62,289 bases of DNA from an uncultured delta proteobacterium (GTDB lineage Bacteria > Desulfobacterota > Binatia > UBA9968). Location of the stretch: the NCBI GenBank assembly GCA_963804165.1, contig CAWDPO010000039.1, positions 1-62,289 on the forward strand, read 5' to 3'. The notes under the pieces were generated by a model. It ran no database searches. It worked only from the letters and a program-made list of their open reading frames with translations, and was not told where the DNA came from. Positions within the stretch are counted from its first letter, which is position 1; the number at the start of each line of letters is the position of its first letter. The position numbers and the translations under genes are program-made. Positions 42,152-55,152 of the stretch are shown in pieces.

Positions 42152-42301
42152 GCCGAGGCATCCTGCCGTAACTACCTGATACAAGATGAATTGCAATTAT
42201 TCGGCAATGAGCAAGAGATATTTGTGAAGAGCGGCAGTGTGTCGAGATATCATCGAACGGCGAAATATCAGCGTCACGGATCGAAAGAGCGACTAGGATG
42301 A

Positions 42302-42874
42302 TTAGAGTTGCGGTGCGATCGCGGTCCAGCCGAAAATGGTAACGACATACGAAATCTCTTCGTCCGGCGACCACTGGCGAACGATGTCGATGTCGATTTC
42401 AGCGTCAGAAATTTGATCTCTCCAGGTATAACTGCGGATCGAACCGATTCTTGGTTCAGTCTCCGCCCCTGTCCAACGTTCCGGCGGCAAGGTGGTTTGC
42501 AGTTCGTCGATAAGTTGCGTGAAGCGACGTTCGGCTGTCTCTTTTTGCCCGCGATAGGCGAAGCCATAGCAGGAGACATAATCTGCGATTTCGTCGACGC
42601 CGCAATTCATCTCCGGGATCGTGAAATCGAGCGGATGCTTGGCCGCTCCATCGTCAAGTTTCGGGTCACGAAAAGAACGCCATGCTTCACCGCCCGCCGC
42701 CAGCGTAACCGCGAGCTGCCGCAGCGCTTCACGTTCTTGCTCCGCTTCGCTTGATGACATCATTCTCGGTTTCATCGCTATCGCGGGATTCTCTTCCGAT
42801 GCGATAGAAGTTTGACCGGCGATCAAACCGCTTAGGAAAACCGAAGCCGTCAAGATTAGTGTTGCGCGGTACAT
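42302..42874 (-). CDS. Exported hypothetical protein
   Basis: AAAAGGAGG RBS; N-terminal hydrophobic segment; two Cys. Confidence 0.7.
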   Translation of the reverse strand: MYRATLILTASVFLSGLIAGQTSIASEENPAIAMKPRMMSSSEAEQEREALRQLAVTLAAGGEAWRSFRDPKLDDGAAKHPLDFTIPEMNCGVDEIADYVSCYGFAYRGQKETAERRFTQLIDELQTTLPPERWTGAETEPRIGSIRSYTWRDQISDAEIDIDIVRQWSPDEEISYVVTIFGWTAIAPQL

Positions 42875-42909
42875 TCGTTTGTACCCTCCTTTTCGAAACC
42901 AACGAAGAC

Positions 42910-42924
42910 GCAACGACGATGCCA
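42910..42924 (-). promoter_or_regulatory. Sigma-54 promoter
   Basis: TGGCATCGTCGTTGC; UAS-like TCGACATCTGTCGAG at 43113-43127. Confidence 0.75.
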
Positions 42925-43421
42925 GCAGCCATGTGCAAAGATCCGACGTATTCAGAGAGACACCAGGCCGAGCCCACGAAGCAGAGCTCTTGGCTTCACA
43001 GATAGGTCCGGTGAGGGAAGATAGATACGGCGCATTCGCTTTGGAATGACTTCGCTGACGGCGGTTCTTGAATCACAACCGAAGACCAACTGAATCGAAG
43101 CGTCGAAAAACTTCGACATCTGTCGAGAGCGCATCGAAACTGTGACATTTTTCGCGGCGTGCCGAACGCGATGGCGCTGCCCTTTTTGTGGCAGTTAGCC
43201 GGTTACACCATTCGAAGTTTCCGGCAACAAAAGTTCAGAAATATTGAAACCGTACTGGATATACCACGCATCCACGCGCTCTCCGGGAAATCGGGCCCGC
43301 GACAATCGCCAGTCAAATCTTGGTTTGACATCTTCCGAGACGCTCTGATATAGACGCGCAATTTACTTTCTTACTGGCAAGTCGACCAGACGTGGCTTTT
43401 GTCGGGGGTTGGGGGGCTGCT

Positions 43422-46400
43422 ATGAAGGGACTTCTGGGCTTTGCTTCTCTGTTGCTGTTCGGCTTCGTCGTCGTGCCTCCTCCTCTCTCTGCACAACAAC
43501 CGATCACGCTCTACGTCAACCGCAGCGACCCGACCTGCGGCGGGCAGTCCCCTTGCTTCACCACCATTCAAGCTGCCATCAATGCGGCAGGTCCGGGCGA
43601 TGTCATTCACATCCAGGCCGGCACTTATCCGGAACAACTCTCAGTCACCGGCAAGAACAATTTCCAAGGTGCAACCGAGGTCGACCGAATCATCATCGAA
43701 GCCGACCCAGCCACGCAACCCGGCGAGGTTGTACTAACCGGCGCGCCCGGCGCGTGCACAGGAAATCATGCGATCCGCCTACAACAGTCCAAGTTCATTA
43801 CGATCCGCGGTCTCACCATCACCGGAACCGGCGGCCAGGCGATTTCCCTGCTCGGCGGCAACAATCAAAACCAGGACATCCACATCGAGCTCAATCGAAT
43901 CTTCGGCAACGGCAGCAGCTCCTGCGACGGCGGCATCACGGTGGCGCGCGGCAACCCTGGCACGCTGATCGTCAATAATCTCATTCATGCCAACGGCCGC
44001 AACGGCATTACTTTTATCGATGCCGACGGCGGGCCTCATTACGTCATCAACAACACGATCTACGCCAACCAGTGGAATGGCCTCGACGTCGCGCGCAACC
44101 ACACGATCACGCTCGCCAACAACATCATCAACAACAACGGCACCGCTCCTGGAACCACCGGCGGAAGATTCGGAGTGAGAAGGGAAAGCTCCACCAATCC
44201 GCAGCTGGCGGGAATCAAACTTTTGAACAATCTCGTCTGCGGTAATACTCAAGGGCAGATCTCCACTCAGGTGCTCGACTCCACGGACTCCAGCAACTTC
44301 ACGCCGCTAGGGAATGAAGGCACGGGAGTTGGCGCGCTTCCCGGCTGCGATCTACCGGGCAACTTATTTGCCGATCTAAACGGCCTCGACAACCTTCCCA
44401 ATACGGCGGACGACGATTTCAGTCTCAAGCCCAATTCGCTGGCCATCGACGTCGGTATGGACCCGCGTACCCTCGGCTTCAACCCATCTTACAATCCGAT
44501 CTTCGAAGCCGACTTTGTCATCGAAGGCATTCGCCCCGCCGATGGCAACGCCGACCGCGCGCCGGCCTTCGATGCCGGAGCATTCGAATTTCCCAATGCC
44601 CCGCCGATAGCCAACGCCGGAGCCAATCAGACCGTCTCAACCAATCAGCTGGTGACCCTGAACGGGACACAAAGCAGCGACATGGAAGGAACACCCTTGG
44701 CGTTTCAATGGACGATCGTCTCCCAGCCGGCTGGAAGTTCGATAACTCTCAGCGGCGCCAACACGGCAACCCCATCATTCACTCCGCTGATAGCCGGCCA
44801 ATATATTTTCCAGCTCGTCGTCAACGACGGCCAGTTCGCCAGCGCGCCATCGACGGTGGTCATTACCGCGGTGGGAACCAATCAAGCACCGACGGCGAAT
44901 AACACGAGTGGCTCCACAGACGAGGACACCGCGGTCGTGGTCACCCTAAGCGCGAGTGACGTGGACAGCGCGAGTTTGAGCTTCATCATCGTCGCCAATC
45001 CGACCCATGGCACGCTCAGCAACGTTACGGCACCCAACTGTGTCGCCAGCGGCTCGGGGTCAACTTGCAACGCCACGGTCGCCTACACCCCAACCGCCAA
45101 CTACAGCGGCCCCGACAGCTTCACTTTCAAAGTGAATGACGGCGGTGTCGATTCAAACATCGCGACGGCCTCGGTCACAGTCGGCGCCGTGAACGACGCG
45201 CCGGCGGCGAATAACGCCGGCGTGAGCACGAACGAGGACACCGCGGTGACGATCACGCTCGGCGCCGCCGACGTGGACAGCGCGAGCTTGAGTTTCAGTA
45301 TCATCACCAGTCCCACCAACGGTACCCTGAGCGCGGTTTTTACGCCTAACTGTGTCGCCAGTGGCTCAGGCTCCAACTGCACGGCGACGGTTAGCTATAC
45401 TCCCATCGCCAATTACAACGGTCCCGACAGTTTTACGTTCAAGGCCAACGACGGCGCGCTGGACTCCAACGTCGCAATTATCTCTATCACGGTTCAACCG
45501 GTAAACGACGCGCCGGTAGCCAATAGCGGCACAGCGATGGCTGCCGAGGACAACCCTGTCCTCATCACGCTCAGCGCAAGCGATATCGACAGTGGAAATC
45601 TGACTTTCACTCTTGTCATCGGCCCAAGCAATGGCAACCTCGGCCCGATCAGCTCGCCAACGTGCGCCAGCGTGCCTAGTGGGACCGGCACCCCCGGCTC
45701 GAATTGCACCGCTACGGTTTCGTATGCTTCCAACGCAAATTTCAGCGGCGCCGATAGCTTCACCTTCAAGGTGAACGACGGCAGCCTGGATTCCAACGTT
45801 GCGACGGTCAACGTCGCTGTTAACGCCGTCAACGATATGCCGGTGGCGGCCAATGATTTCTACAGCGCCGCCAAAGACACCGTATTTAACATCGCCGCGC
45901 CCGGCGTCCTCGGTAACGACAACGATTTGGACACGCAGGCGAGCAGCTTGACCGCCGTGCTCGTCAATGCGCCGGCCAACGCCGCGAATTTTGCCCTCAA
46001 CCCGGATGGTTCTTTCACCTACACACCCGCTGTCAACTTCACGGGCGCGGATAGCTTTACATACAAGCTTAACGACGGCAGCAACGACAGCAACGAAGCG
46101 ACGGTGGCCATCGCCGTCCTTCAGGCGAATAACGCTCCGATCGCGACCAACGACTTTTACAATACCGAAAAGGATCGCGCGCTCAGCATTCCCGTGCCGG
46201 GAGTACTGGCCAATGACAACGATCTCGATACGCCGCTCGCCGGCCGAACGGCAATTTTGATCGCCGGGCCGAGCCATGCGGCGTCATTCACGCTCAATCC
46301 CGACGGTTCCTTCGACTTCACTCCGCAGGCCAACTTCACCGGTACGGATACCTTCGCTTACAAAGTCAACGACGGCACCAGCGACGGCAACGTCGCCATG

Positions 46401-49400
46401 GTCACCATCGCCGTGATCGCGCCGAATACCTTTCCGGTTGCCAAAAATGATCCTGAAAGCACGAACGAAGACTCGGCAAAAAGTGTCCCGGCCCCCGGAG
46501 TCCTCGGCAATGACAGCATCGCGTTACTGACGAGTCCCACCGCTGTACTTGTCAGCGGTCCGACCCGCGCGTTGTCCTTTGCGCTCAACGGCGACGGCTC
46601 GTTCAATTACACGCCGCAAAACGATTTCTACGGTTCCGACAGTTTTGCCTACCGGATTTTCGACGGCACGAATTACAGCAACGTGGCGATGGCGAATATC
46701 GACGTGGTCTCGGTCAACGACCTGCCGATCGCTCAAGCTCAGAGCGTCAACACCAATCAAAACACGCCGGTAATCATCACGCTCAGTGCCAGCGATATAG
46801 ACAGCGCCGCGTTGACCTTCACTATCGCCACGCCGCCCGGCCATGGAACGCTCGGCAACGTCGGCGCGCCCAACTGCACGGTCGAGGGTCAAGGAGCCAC
46901 GTGTACCGCCACTGTAAGTTACACGCCAACGGCCAATTATTTCGGTCCCGATAGTTTCACATTTACGGCGAGCGACGGCGTAGGGACTAGTGCGTCTGCT
47001 ACCGTGTCGATAAACGTTATTCTGGTCAACCTTCCACCCACGGCCAATGCCGGCGGCCCGTACACCGGCAATGTCGGCGTGCCCGTGCAGTTTAACGGCA
47101 CGGGCAGCGATCCTGATGGAAATCCGATTACGTTTTCGTGGACCTTCGGCGACGGCGGCATCGGCAGCGGTCCCAACCCGACGCATACTTACAGCGCGCC
47201 CGGCACCTATCCGGTGGTCCTGACGGTTACCGACTCGTTTAATGCGAGCGCAATGGCCCAAACCACGGTGACCATCAACGCCGGATTGGTTTTGAATCCG
47301 ATCGGCAACAAGACGGTCAATCTCGGTGCGACTCTGACTTTCACCGTCTCGGCAACAACTGGGACTGGCTCACCCATCGGCCTATTCGTCGCGCCGCTGC
47401 CGTTGATGACCAATGCGAGCTTCAACGCCGGCACGGGTGTATTCACTTTCAGGCCAAGCACATTGCAGGTGGGAAGTTATCAGCTCACTTTTTCCGCTGT
47501 GAGCGGCACGCAGACCGTCTCGGAAACGATCACCATCACTGTTCCCAATCCGCCGCCAGGTGGAACCACCAGTGTCCGCGGACGCGTCGTCAATCTCGCT
47601 CAGACTCCGCTCGGCAACGTCAGTGTCACGCTCAAGTCGAGCGGCCACACGGCGCTCAGCGGTGCTGACGGTTTCTTCACGATTGCGGGCGTTCCTTCGG
47701 GAGTTCAGCAACTGATTGTCAACGGTCGCCAGTCCAACCTGGGCGTCTATGCGATCCTCGCGGTTGCAGTCGAACTGATCAACGGCGTGCTCAACGACCT
47801 TTCCGGCGCTATCTCGCTGCCCGACGTCGACATTGAGGCCGAGGTGCAGGTCAGTCCGACGTTCAACACGGTCGTTACCAACCCCAATCTTCCCGGCGTC
47901 GAAGTGGAAATCATCGGCGGCTCCGCAACCAACCCCGATGGCACGCCGTTTACCGGCAAGCTCTCGGTCAATCCTGTGCCGGATTACGGCCGGCCGGAAT
48001 CACGGCCTGAAGAGCTTCGCCCAGGGATGGCGGTGACCATTCAACCGGCGGGGATTCGTTTCAATCCCCCTGCGCGCATCACATTCCCGAACGCGGACGC
48101 CATGGCGCCCAGCAATGAGCTCAATCTGTGGTCGCTCAGTCCCGACACCGGCAAATTCAACATCGTCGGCAAAATGGCGGTATCTACCGACGGCCAGACC
48201 TTCATTACAGTCGAAGGCGGCGTCGCTGCCAGCGCATGGCATTTCCCATTGGCCACGGGCACGACATCCAACCCAAATCAAGGAAACAATTTCTGTGGAT
48301 CTTGTCGAACTTCCGTTGGATCCGATGCCAACTTGGAAGAAGGCAGCTTGTTTATCATGCATGCTGTGCCTTCCTACCGCTCGCTTGGACAAAGCCGGAG
48401 CCTTTCGCTCACCTATAGCTCGGTAAGCGCTGATCCGAGGCCGATCATTTCATTGGACAGCACCTTGGGTGTTCGCGCCGCGGTGCCGAATTCATTTTCG
48501 ACGCGTCTCAAAGTTGGTGGAGTGCAGCAAGGTGATGAGATTTTCACCAATAGCAGTTCTTTGCCTGAGGATGCCGATTCGACGTCGCGCATGTCGGTTC
48601 AGTTCGATGCGTCGAATTTGGTGACAGGCCGGTATCCGTTTGAGGCCACGGTTTTTAGCAACTACCTCAATTCGTCGGTCGGGGGGATTTCCACCGGCAA
48701 CGTGATCGTCGTCAACCGAAGCAACAGCGCTTTTGGCGCTGGATGGGCCATTACCGATCTCCAGCAGCTTCATCCCCAGTCTGCCGGCGGTGTGTTGCTT
48801 ACAAGCGGTGACGGCACGGCGCTGTTTTTCTCCGGCGGTCCCGATAACTTTACTTCTCCTGCGCGCGAGTTTTCCGCCTTGGCCAAAAACCCTGACGGTA
48901 CCTACACACGAACATATAAAGACGGGACCAAAGTCAATTTTAACGCGCAGGGCTTACAGACTTCGGTCATCGATCGAAACGTAAACACGACGAGCTTTGG
49001 CTACGATGGCAGTGGAAGACTGACTACTGTTACTGATCAGGTTGGTTTGGTTATGACGCTAACGTATAGCGGCGCGAGGCTTCAGCGGATCACCGATCCG
49101 GCCGGGCGACAAACGCAATTCCAATATGACCCAGCCGGTAATCTTACGCGTATTACGAATCCCGACACTAGTTTTGTAACTTACTCGTACGATGGCAAAG
49201 GTCATATCACCCAGGCGACAAATGAAAGAGGGTTTAGCACGGCCTATGCTTACGACTTCGCGGGTAGATTCTCGCAGTCGACGCGGCCGGGCGGTGAGAC
49301 CCGTGCGCTAGTTTCCAGCAAACTACGTGGTCTTGTCGACACTTCGGGCGGCCAGGGTACGCCGACAAATCCCGCGCCGATCGTGACCAGCTCAAACGCA

Positions 49401-52400
49401 ACCGCTTCGCTCACCGATGGTCGGGGCAACCACAGCAGATTCACTCTCGACTCGCTGGGACAAGTTACATCTCAAATGGACGCCCTCGGCCAGACCACGA
49501 CAACGGTGCGCGATGCTAATGGTTTACCGACGAGAATCACCCGTCCTAACGGCGCGGTCACGACGATGGCCTATGACGCTAAGGGGAACCTGCTTACTTC
49601 GACTGACCCCGTGGGCACGACAACGACGTTCACCTACGAGCCAATCTTCAACCAGGTCAAAACCATTCGCGATCCCAAAGGCAACGTCACGACGATCAAC
49701 TATGACATAAAAGGAAATCCCACCGAGATCATCGATGCGTTGAACAACCGCACGCAGATAACCTATGACTCCCGCGGTTTGTTAACTTCCGTAACATCCG
49801 CTGTTGGAACTTCTGTTCAGAACACAACGAGCTTCACGTACGACGTTCGCAGCAACCTGCTCACCACAACCAATCCCAAAGGCGACGTAACAACATTGGC
49901 GTACGATACAGCCGGCAATGTCAGCAACTCCACTGACGCAGAGAATCGCGTAACTCAGTTCACTTACGATCCGCGCAATCGCCTGATCACCGTTTTGGAC
50001 GCCGATCTAAAGACGACGCAGTACGGCTACGATCCCAAAGGCAATCTGACTCAGGTCCGAGACGCGAAGAACCAGCTCACGACCTTCGTATATGATGGTT
50101 TGGATCGTCTCGCGTCCGCAACCAATCCGCTGGGACTGACCGAAACGTTTGCCTACGACGGCAACGGCAATCTCACTTCGACAACCAACCGCAACGGCCA
50201 AACGATTGCGTTCAACTACGACGCAATTAATCGTTTAACCAACAAGGCGCGACCACCGACGTCGACGGAAACTGGGAACCAAGCGACGACGTATTCGTAT
50301 GATTCCGTTGGCAATCTCCTGAGCGTGGTGAATCCCACAATCGGAGTTTTCAACCAATATGATGCGGCTAATCGTTTGGTCTCGAGCCTTTCCACCGCCG
50401 AGACGGCGGTATCGAGTACGGTCACTGCGATAAACGTCGATACGACGATCAACGCCAATAATCTTCAATTTGAGGGCAAAACATTACAGGTGAATGGCAG
50501 AACGCTAACCGTCAGTGGAGCCCACACCTTTGCCAATTTGATACTTCTAAACGGTGCCGTGCTGACGCATAGCTCTACCACCGGTACCACCACAGGCAAG
50601 CTGGAACTTACAGTTACGGGGACACTGCAGATCGATGGTACGAGTCGGATTGATGCCGGTGGGCGAGGGTTCCTGGGATCGGGACAACCTGGCAATCCGC
50701 ATGGTTTAAGAGGCACGACGGTGGGATTTGCGGCAGGGAGTAGTTTACGAATTGGTGGAGGGTATGGGGGGTTGGGCGGAGCGTATCCGGACAATGGAGT
50801 TTCCAATCCAGTGTATGGAGATTTTCGGAACCCTAACGAGTTGGGTAGTGGAGGTTCGAGTTTAGAATCTTTTAATGTAGCTGGTAATGGCGGCGGATTG
50901 TTACGGATCGTAGCCCAGACCTTGCAGTTGGAGGGAGCGATCCGGGCGAACGGCGGTGCGGCGATTGTCAATGCGGCGGGAGGCAGTGGCGGAGGAATAC
51001 GGATCGACGTTGCGACGCTATCCGGGACGGGAACGATCACCGCGAACGGCAGTGCAGGGTTTCAGTTTGGCGGAGGAGGTGGCGGTGGCCGAGTAGCGAT
51101 TTACTATCAGAGCGCGACGGGGTTCAATTTTGCAAATGTGCTTGCCCAGGGCGGATTGAGTACCCACGCGACGCATGGTGGTGCTGGTACGATCTATCTG
51201 CAAGGCCCTACGAGAGAGAGCGGCGAATTAATTGTCGACAACAATAACTTGGCGGTGGCTTCGCTCTCGACTCCGATTCCTGGTTCTTTGACGGCAACCC
51301 TTTCGTTGACTCATTTGCGCGTTCGTCGCGCTGCGCGGGTCGGAGTAGATAGCCTGATAAGTCTTACTGGAGCCCTGGAAATTGCCACTACTGGCGAGGT
51401 TGTTGTAAGAAATCGTATTGACGCGAATAATCTTAGTCTTGGCGGCAACGCTGTTCTCACTCACCTGCCGACGACCGGAACGACGTCATTTAAGCTTGAA
51501 GTCAACACCCAAACCTTAACGATCGACGCGACGAGCCGGATAGAGGCGGACGGACGAGGCTATCTGGGAGCGGGTCGCCCTGGGAATCCGCATGGATTAA
51601 GAGGGACGACTCTAGGTTTTGCTGCGGGGAGTAGTTTACGAATTGGTGGAGGGTATGGGGGGTTGGGAGGAGCGTATCCGGACAATGGAGTTTCCAATCC
51701 GGTGTATGGAGATTTTCGCAACCCTAACGAGTTGGGTAGCGGAGGTTCGAGTTTAGAATCTTTTAATGTAGCGGGTAATGGCGGCGGATTGTTGCGGATC
51801 GTAACGCAGACGCTAACGTTGAATGGGGTGATTCGGGCGAACGGCGGTGCGGCGACTGTCAATGCGGCGGGAGGCAGTGGCGGAGGTATCCGCATTGATG
51901 TTGGGACACTAACAGGAACGGGATCGATTGCGGCGAACGGTAGTGCAGGGTTTCAGTTTGGCGGAGGGGGTGGCGGTGGTCGAGTAGCGATCTACTATCA
52001 GAGTGCGACGGGGTTTAATTTTGCAAATGTGCTTGCCCAAGGCGGATTGAGTACTCACGCGACGCATGGTGGTGCTGGTACGATCTATCTGCAAGGCCCT
52101 ACGAGAGAGAGCGGCGAATTAATTATCGACAACAATAACTTGGCGGTGGCTTCGCTCTCGACTCCGATTCCTGGTGCTTCGACGGCAACCCTTTCGTTGA
52201 CTCATTTGAGCGTTCGTCGCGCAGCGCGGGCCAAAGTGGATAGTACTCTGAACATCACCAACAATTTTGAAGTGGCCGGTTCAAGTGAAGTGACGTTGAG
52301 TCGGGTTTTTGCGGACAGTACGACATTAACCGGAGGTTCAGTTCTCACTCACCTGCCGACGACCGGAACATCGTCATTTAAACTTGAAGTTAACACCCAA

Positions 52401-55074
52401 ACGTTAACGATCGACGCGACGAGCCGGATAGAGGCGGACGGACGAGGCTATCTGGGAGCGGGTCGCCCTGGGAATCCACATGGATTAAGAGGGACGACTC
52501 TAGGTTTTGCGGCGGGGAGTAATTTACGAATTGGTGGAGGGTATGGGGGGTTGGGAGGTGCGTATCCGGACAATGGAGTTTCCAATCCAGTGTATGGAGA
52601 TTTTCGCAACCCTAACGAAGCGGGGAGCGGAGGTGCGGGGTTGGTTGCTGGCGATATTGGCGGTAATGGCGGCGGATTGTTACGGATCGTAGCGCAGACA
52701 TTAACGTTGAATGGAGTGATTCGGGCGAACGGAGGCACGGCGACTGTCAATGCGGCGGGAGGCAGTGGCGGAGGTATCCGCATTGATGTTGCGACACTAA
52801 CAGGAACGGGATCGATTGCGGCGAACGGCAGTGCAGGGTTTCAGTTTGGCGGAGGGGGTGGCGGTGGCCGAGTAGCGATCTACTATCAGAGTGCCACGGG
52901 GTTTAACTTTCCCAATGTAATTGCCCAAGGCGGAGTGAGCACGCACGGGACCAATGGTGGCACCGGTACGATTCACATCGCGCAGCAGATCGCCAAGCTA
53001 AGTCCGACTTTTGGTGACGCAGTGCCGGTAATGACCGCGCAAGGCAATATACGACGAGAACGGGGGCCAGTCAGCGCCGTGGCGTCGGGGATGGAGCGGG
53101 CTAGCGCTACCCCGAGCAGTGGCAACTTCGTTCTCAGCAGCACTGCGGTGCAAAAGCTCATCGGCGCTACAGATTTGCAGCAACGGAAAGTGGTTGCGGC
53201 TGATGCCCTCGCTGTTAGGGAGCCGTCGTCGGATCGACAGTACACGAACCGTTATCTCGCCTTGGTCGCCGAAGGAAAACTCAAACCCTTCGCAACAACG
53301 GCGATGCTGACCCAAGACGCGGAGTGTCCGATGCTCTAGCTCGAACCGTATCTGGTTCCGATCTCACGCCTCACGCTTCGCGCCCCATGCCTTCCGAGGT
53401 CCTCACTGTCGAAGACTTGGACCCCATCTACACCTACGACCTCAACGGCAATCGGACATCGATGATCGATCCAACAGGTTTGACGACGTACGCGTACGAT
53501 GCACTAAACCGGTTAACATCGATCACGAACAACAAGGGCCAAGTCACTTCATTCACCTACGACGCACTAGGGCGAAGAACGTCGATGACGCATGCCAACG
53601 GCGTGGTGACAAACTACACCTACGATGCGGCGTCTCAGTTAACGCGGTTAGCGCATCAGTCGGGTGCGACGTTGATCAACTCGTTTGACTACACGTACGA
53701 CAAAGTTGGCAATCGGAAGACCAAGATCAGCCGCGACGGTTTACATGATTACACCTATGACACTTTGAATAGGCTGACGCAGGCCACTAATCCGTTACCG
53801 ACCAATCCTCTGGAAACCTTTAACTTCGACCCAGTCGGCAATCGCACCAACTCCAATCAGAACGGCTCGTCCACATTCAACCAGGCGAATCAATTTTGGA
53901 AGACGCCAACTTCACCTACCAATACGACAACAACGGCAATCAAACCCTGAAAACGGCAAAGGCTGGCGGAGCCATCACAACCTATGAGTACGACGCGGAG
54001 AACAAGCTAGTGCGCGTTGTATCGCCGAGTAACACAGCGAACTACAGGTACGACGGACTGGGCAGACGAGTCGAAAAGGAAGTGATCGCCGGCACGACTA
54101 CGGTGACCAAGTACGTCCACGACATTGAAGACATACTGCTTGAACTGAACGGCGCGAACGCCATCGTCGCGCGTTACACCCACGGTCCCGGCGTCGACGA
54201 GCCGTTGATCATGGAGAAGAACAGCCAGTTGTTCCACTACCACGCGGATGGGTTAGGTTCAATAACGGAACTAACAAACCAATCCGGTACCTTGACGCAG
54301 CGCTATACCTACTCTTCTTTCGGCGGAATCGAGTCGCAGCTGGATTCGAATATCAGCCAACCCTACACCTTTACTTCGAGAGAGTTGGATACGGAAAGTG
54401 GGTTACACTATGTCCGTATTAGATATTATGACTCTACAATCGGACGGTTTATTTCTGAAGATCCGAAAGGTTTTACGGCAGGTGTTAACTATTACGGCTA
54501 CGTAGGGGGCAACCCCATTGGGCGGGTTGATCCTTATGGGCTGGATTGGTTAACAAACCTTTCCAATTTTTCTGCCGGAGCAGGTGATTACTTGTCGGGT
54601 GGATTCATGAACTCATTCAATCTGACGGAAAGGCTCATGGGACATGCGGCCATTCCGATTTCTGAATTATTACGTAAAGAACTAGTGGCGTCGATTGGCT
54701 TAGACGATATCGTCGATCAGTGTAGTGCGGCCTATCAGGCAGGAAATTACACGGGGGCCGTTCTTGGGACATCTATCATGTGGACAACCGGATTAAACGC
54801 CGGCTCGAATACGGTAATTTTTTCTCCGCTTAGTAACGCAGCCCGCGCTGCAAAAGAGGGAATTCCTATTGGGCAAACTTCTATTGGTAATCTATTAAAT
54901 TATGTCGACAAGAATATTTTCGAAATTCCGAGATCGGTTTGGTATGCCGCGTCAGGTACATATGTTGCTAATGCATCAGGCTCTGTCAATTCCGTTATTG
55001 ATACCGCTGGGAAAATAGTCAAATTCGAAATGAAGATTCTGAATATGTTGAATATTCCAATAGTTCCTAGGTAG
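43422..55074 (+). CDS. Giant secreted adhesin/Rhs (YD-repeat, teneurin-like) polymorphic toxin, ~3,880 aa when frameshifts near 53330 and 53895 are repaired
   Basis: In order: signal peptide; right-handed beta-helix; PKD-like and seven Big_9/cadherin-like repeats; carboxypeptidase-regulatory-like domain; YD repeats; Rhs core YYDSTIGRFISEDP..NPIGRVDPYGL; AT-richer C-terminal tip. ORFs 43392-53339, 53324-53950 and 53896-55074 are contiguous. Confidence 0.85.
44880..47030 (+). repeat. Seven tandem Ig/cadherin-like (Big_9) repeats of two types
   Basis: Units start N(D/Q/N)xP. Units 1-3 and 7 carry a Cys pair (e.g. NCVASGSGSTC); units 4-6 carry PGVLGND/PGVLAND. Confidence 0.8.
50560..52980 (+). 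repeat. Three near-identical ~890-bp tandem Gly-rich coding repeats
   Basis: AATTGGTGGAGGGTATGGGGGGTTGGG recurs at 50750, 51641 and 52529 (periods 891 and 888 bp). Confidence 0.92.
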
Positions 55075-55152
55075 GGAAGCAATATACAGGTTGACTCTAG
55101 CGACACAATATAAATAGGATGCCTATGATGTGCTTCTGATAGCTTCCGCAAG

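Noticed and set aside
11785-43127. Identical 15-mer TCGACATCTGTCGAG at 11785 and 43113, near both ends of the block, considered as attL/attR
   Set aside because: It is the junction of two tandem enhancer palindromes, a close variant occurs internally (25165), it is unrelated to the tRNA 3' end, and no integrase is present.
43325-43354. TTGACA-N18-TATAGA as promoter of the giant Rhs gene
   Set aside because: Plausible, but the -10 lacks the conserved final T; not enough support to list as a feature.
50560-52980. CRISPR array or diversity-generating retroelement template/variable repeats
   Set aside because: The units are ~890-bp in-frame coding repeats, with no short repeat-spacer structure and no cas or reverse transcriptase gene in the window.
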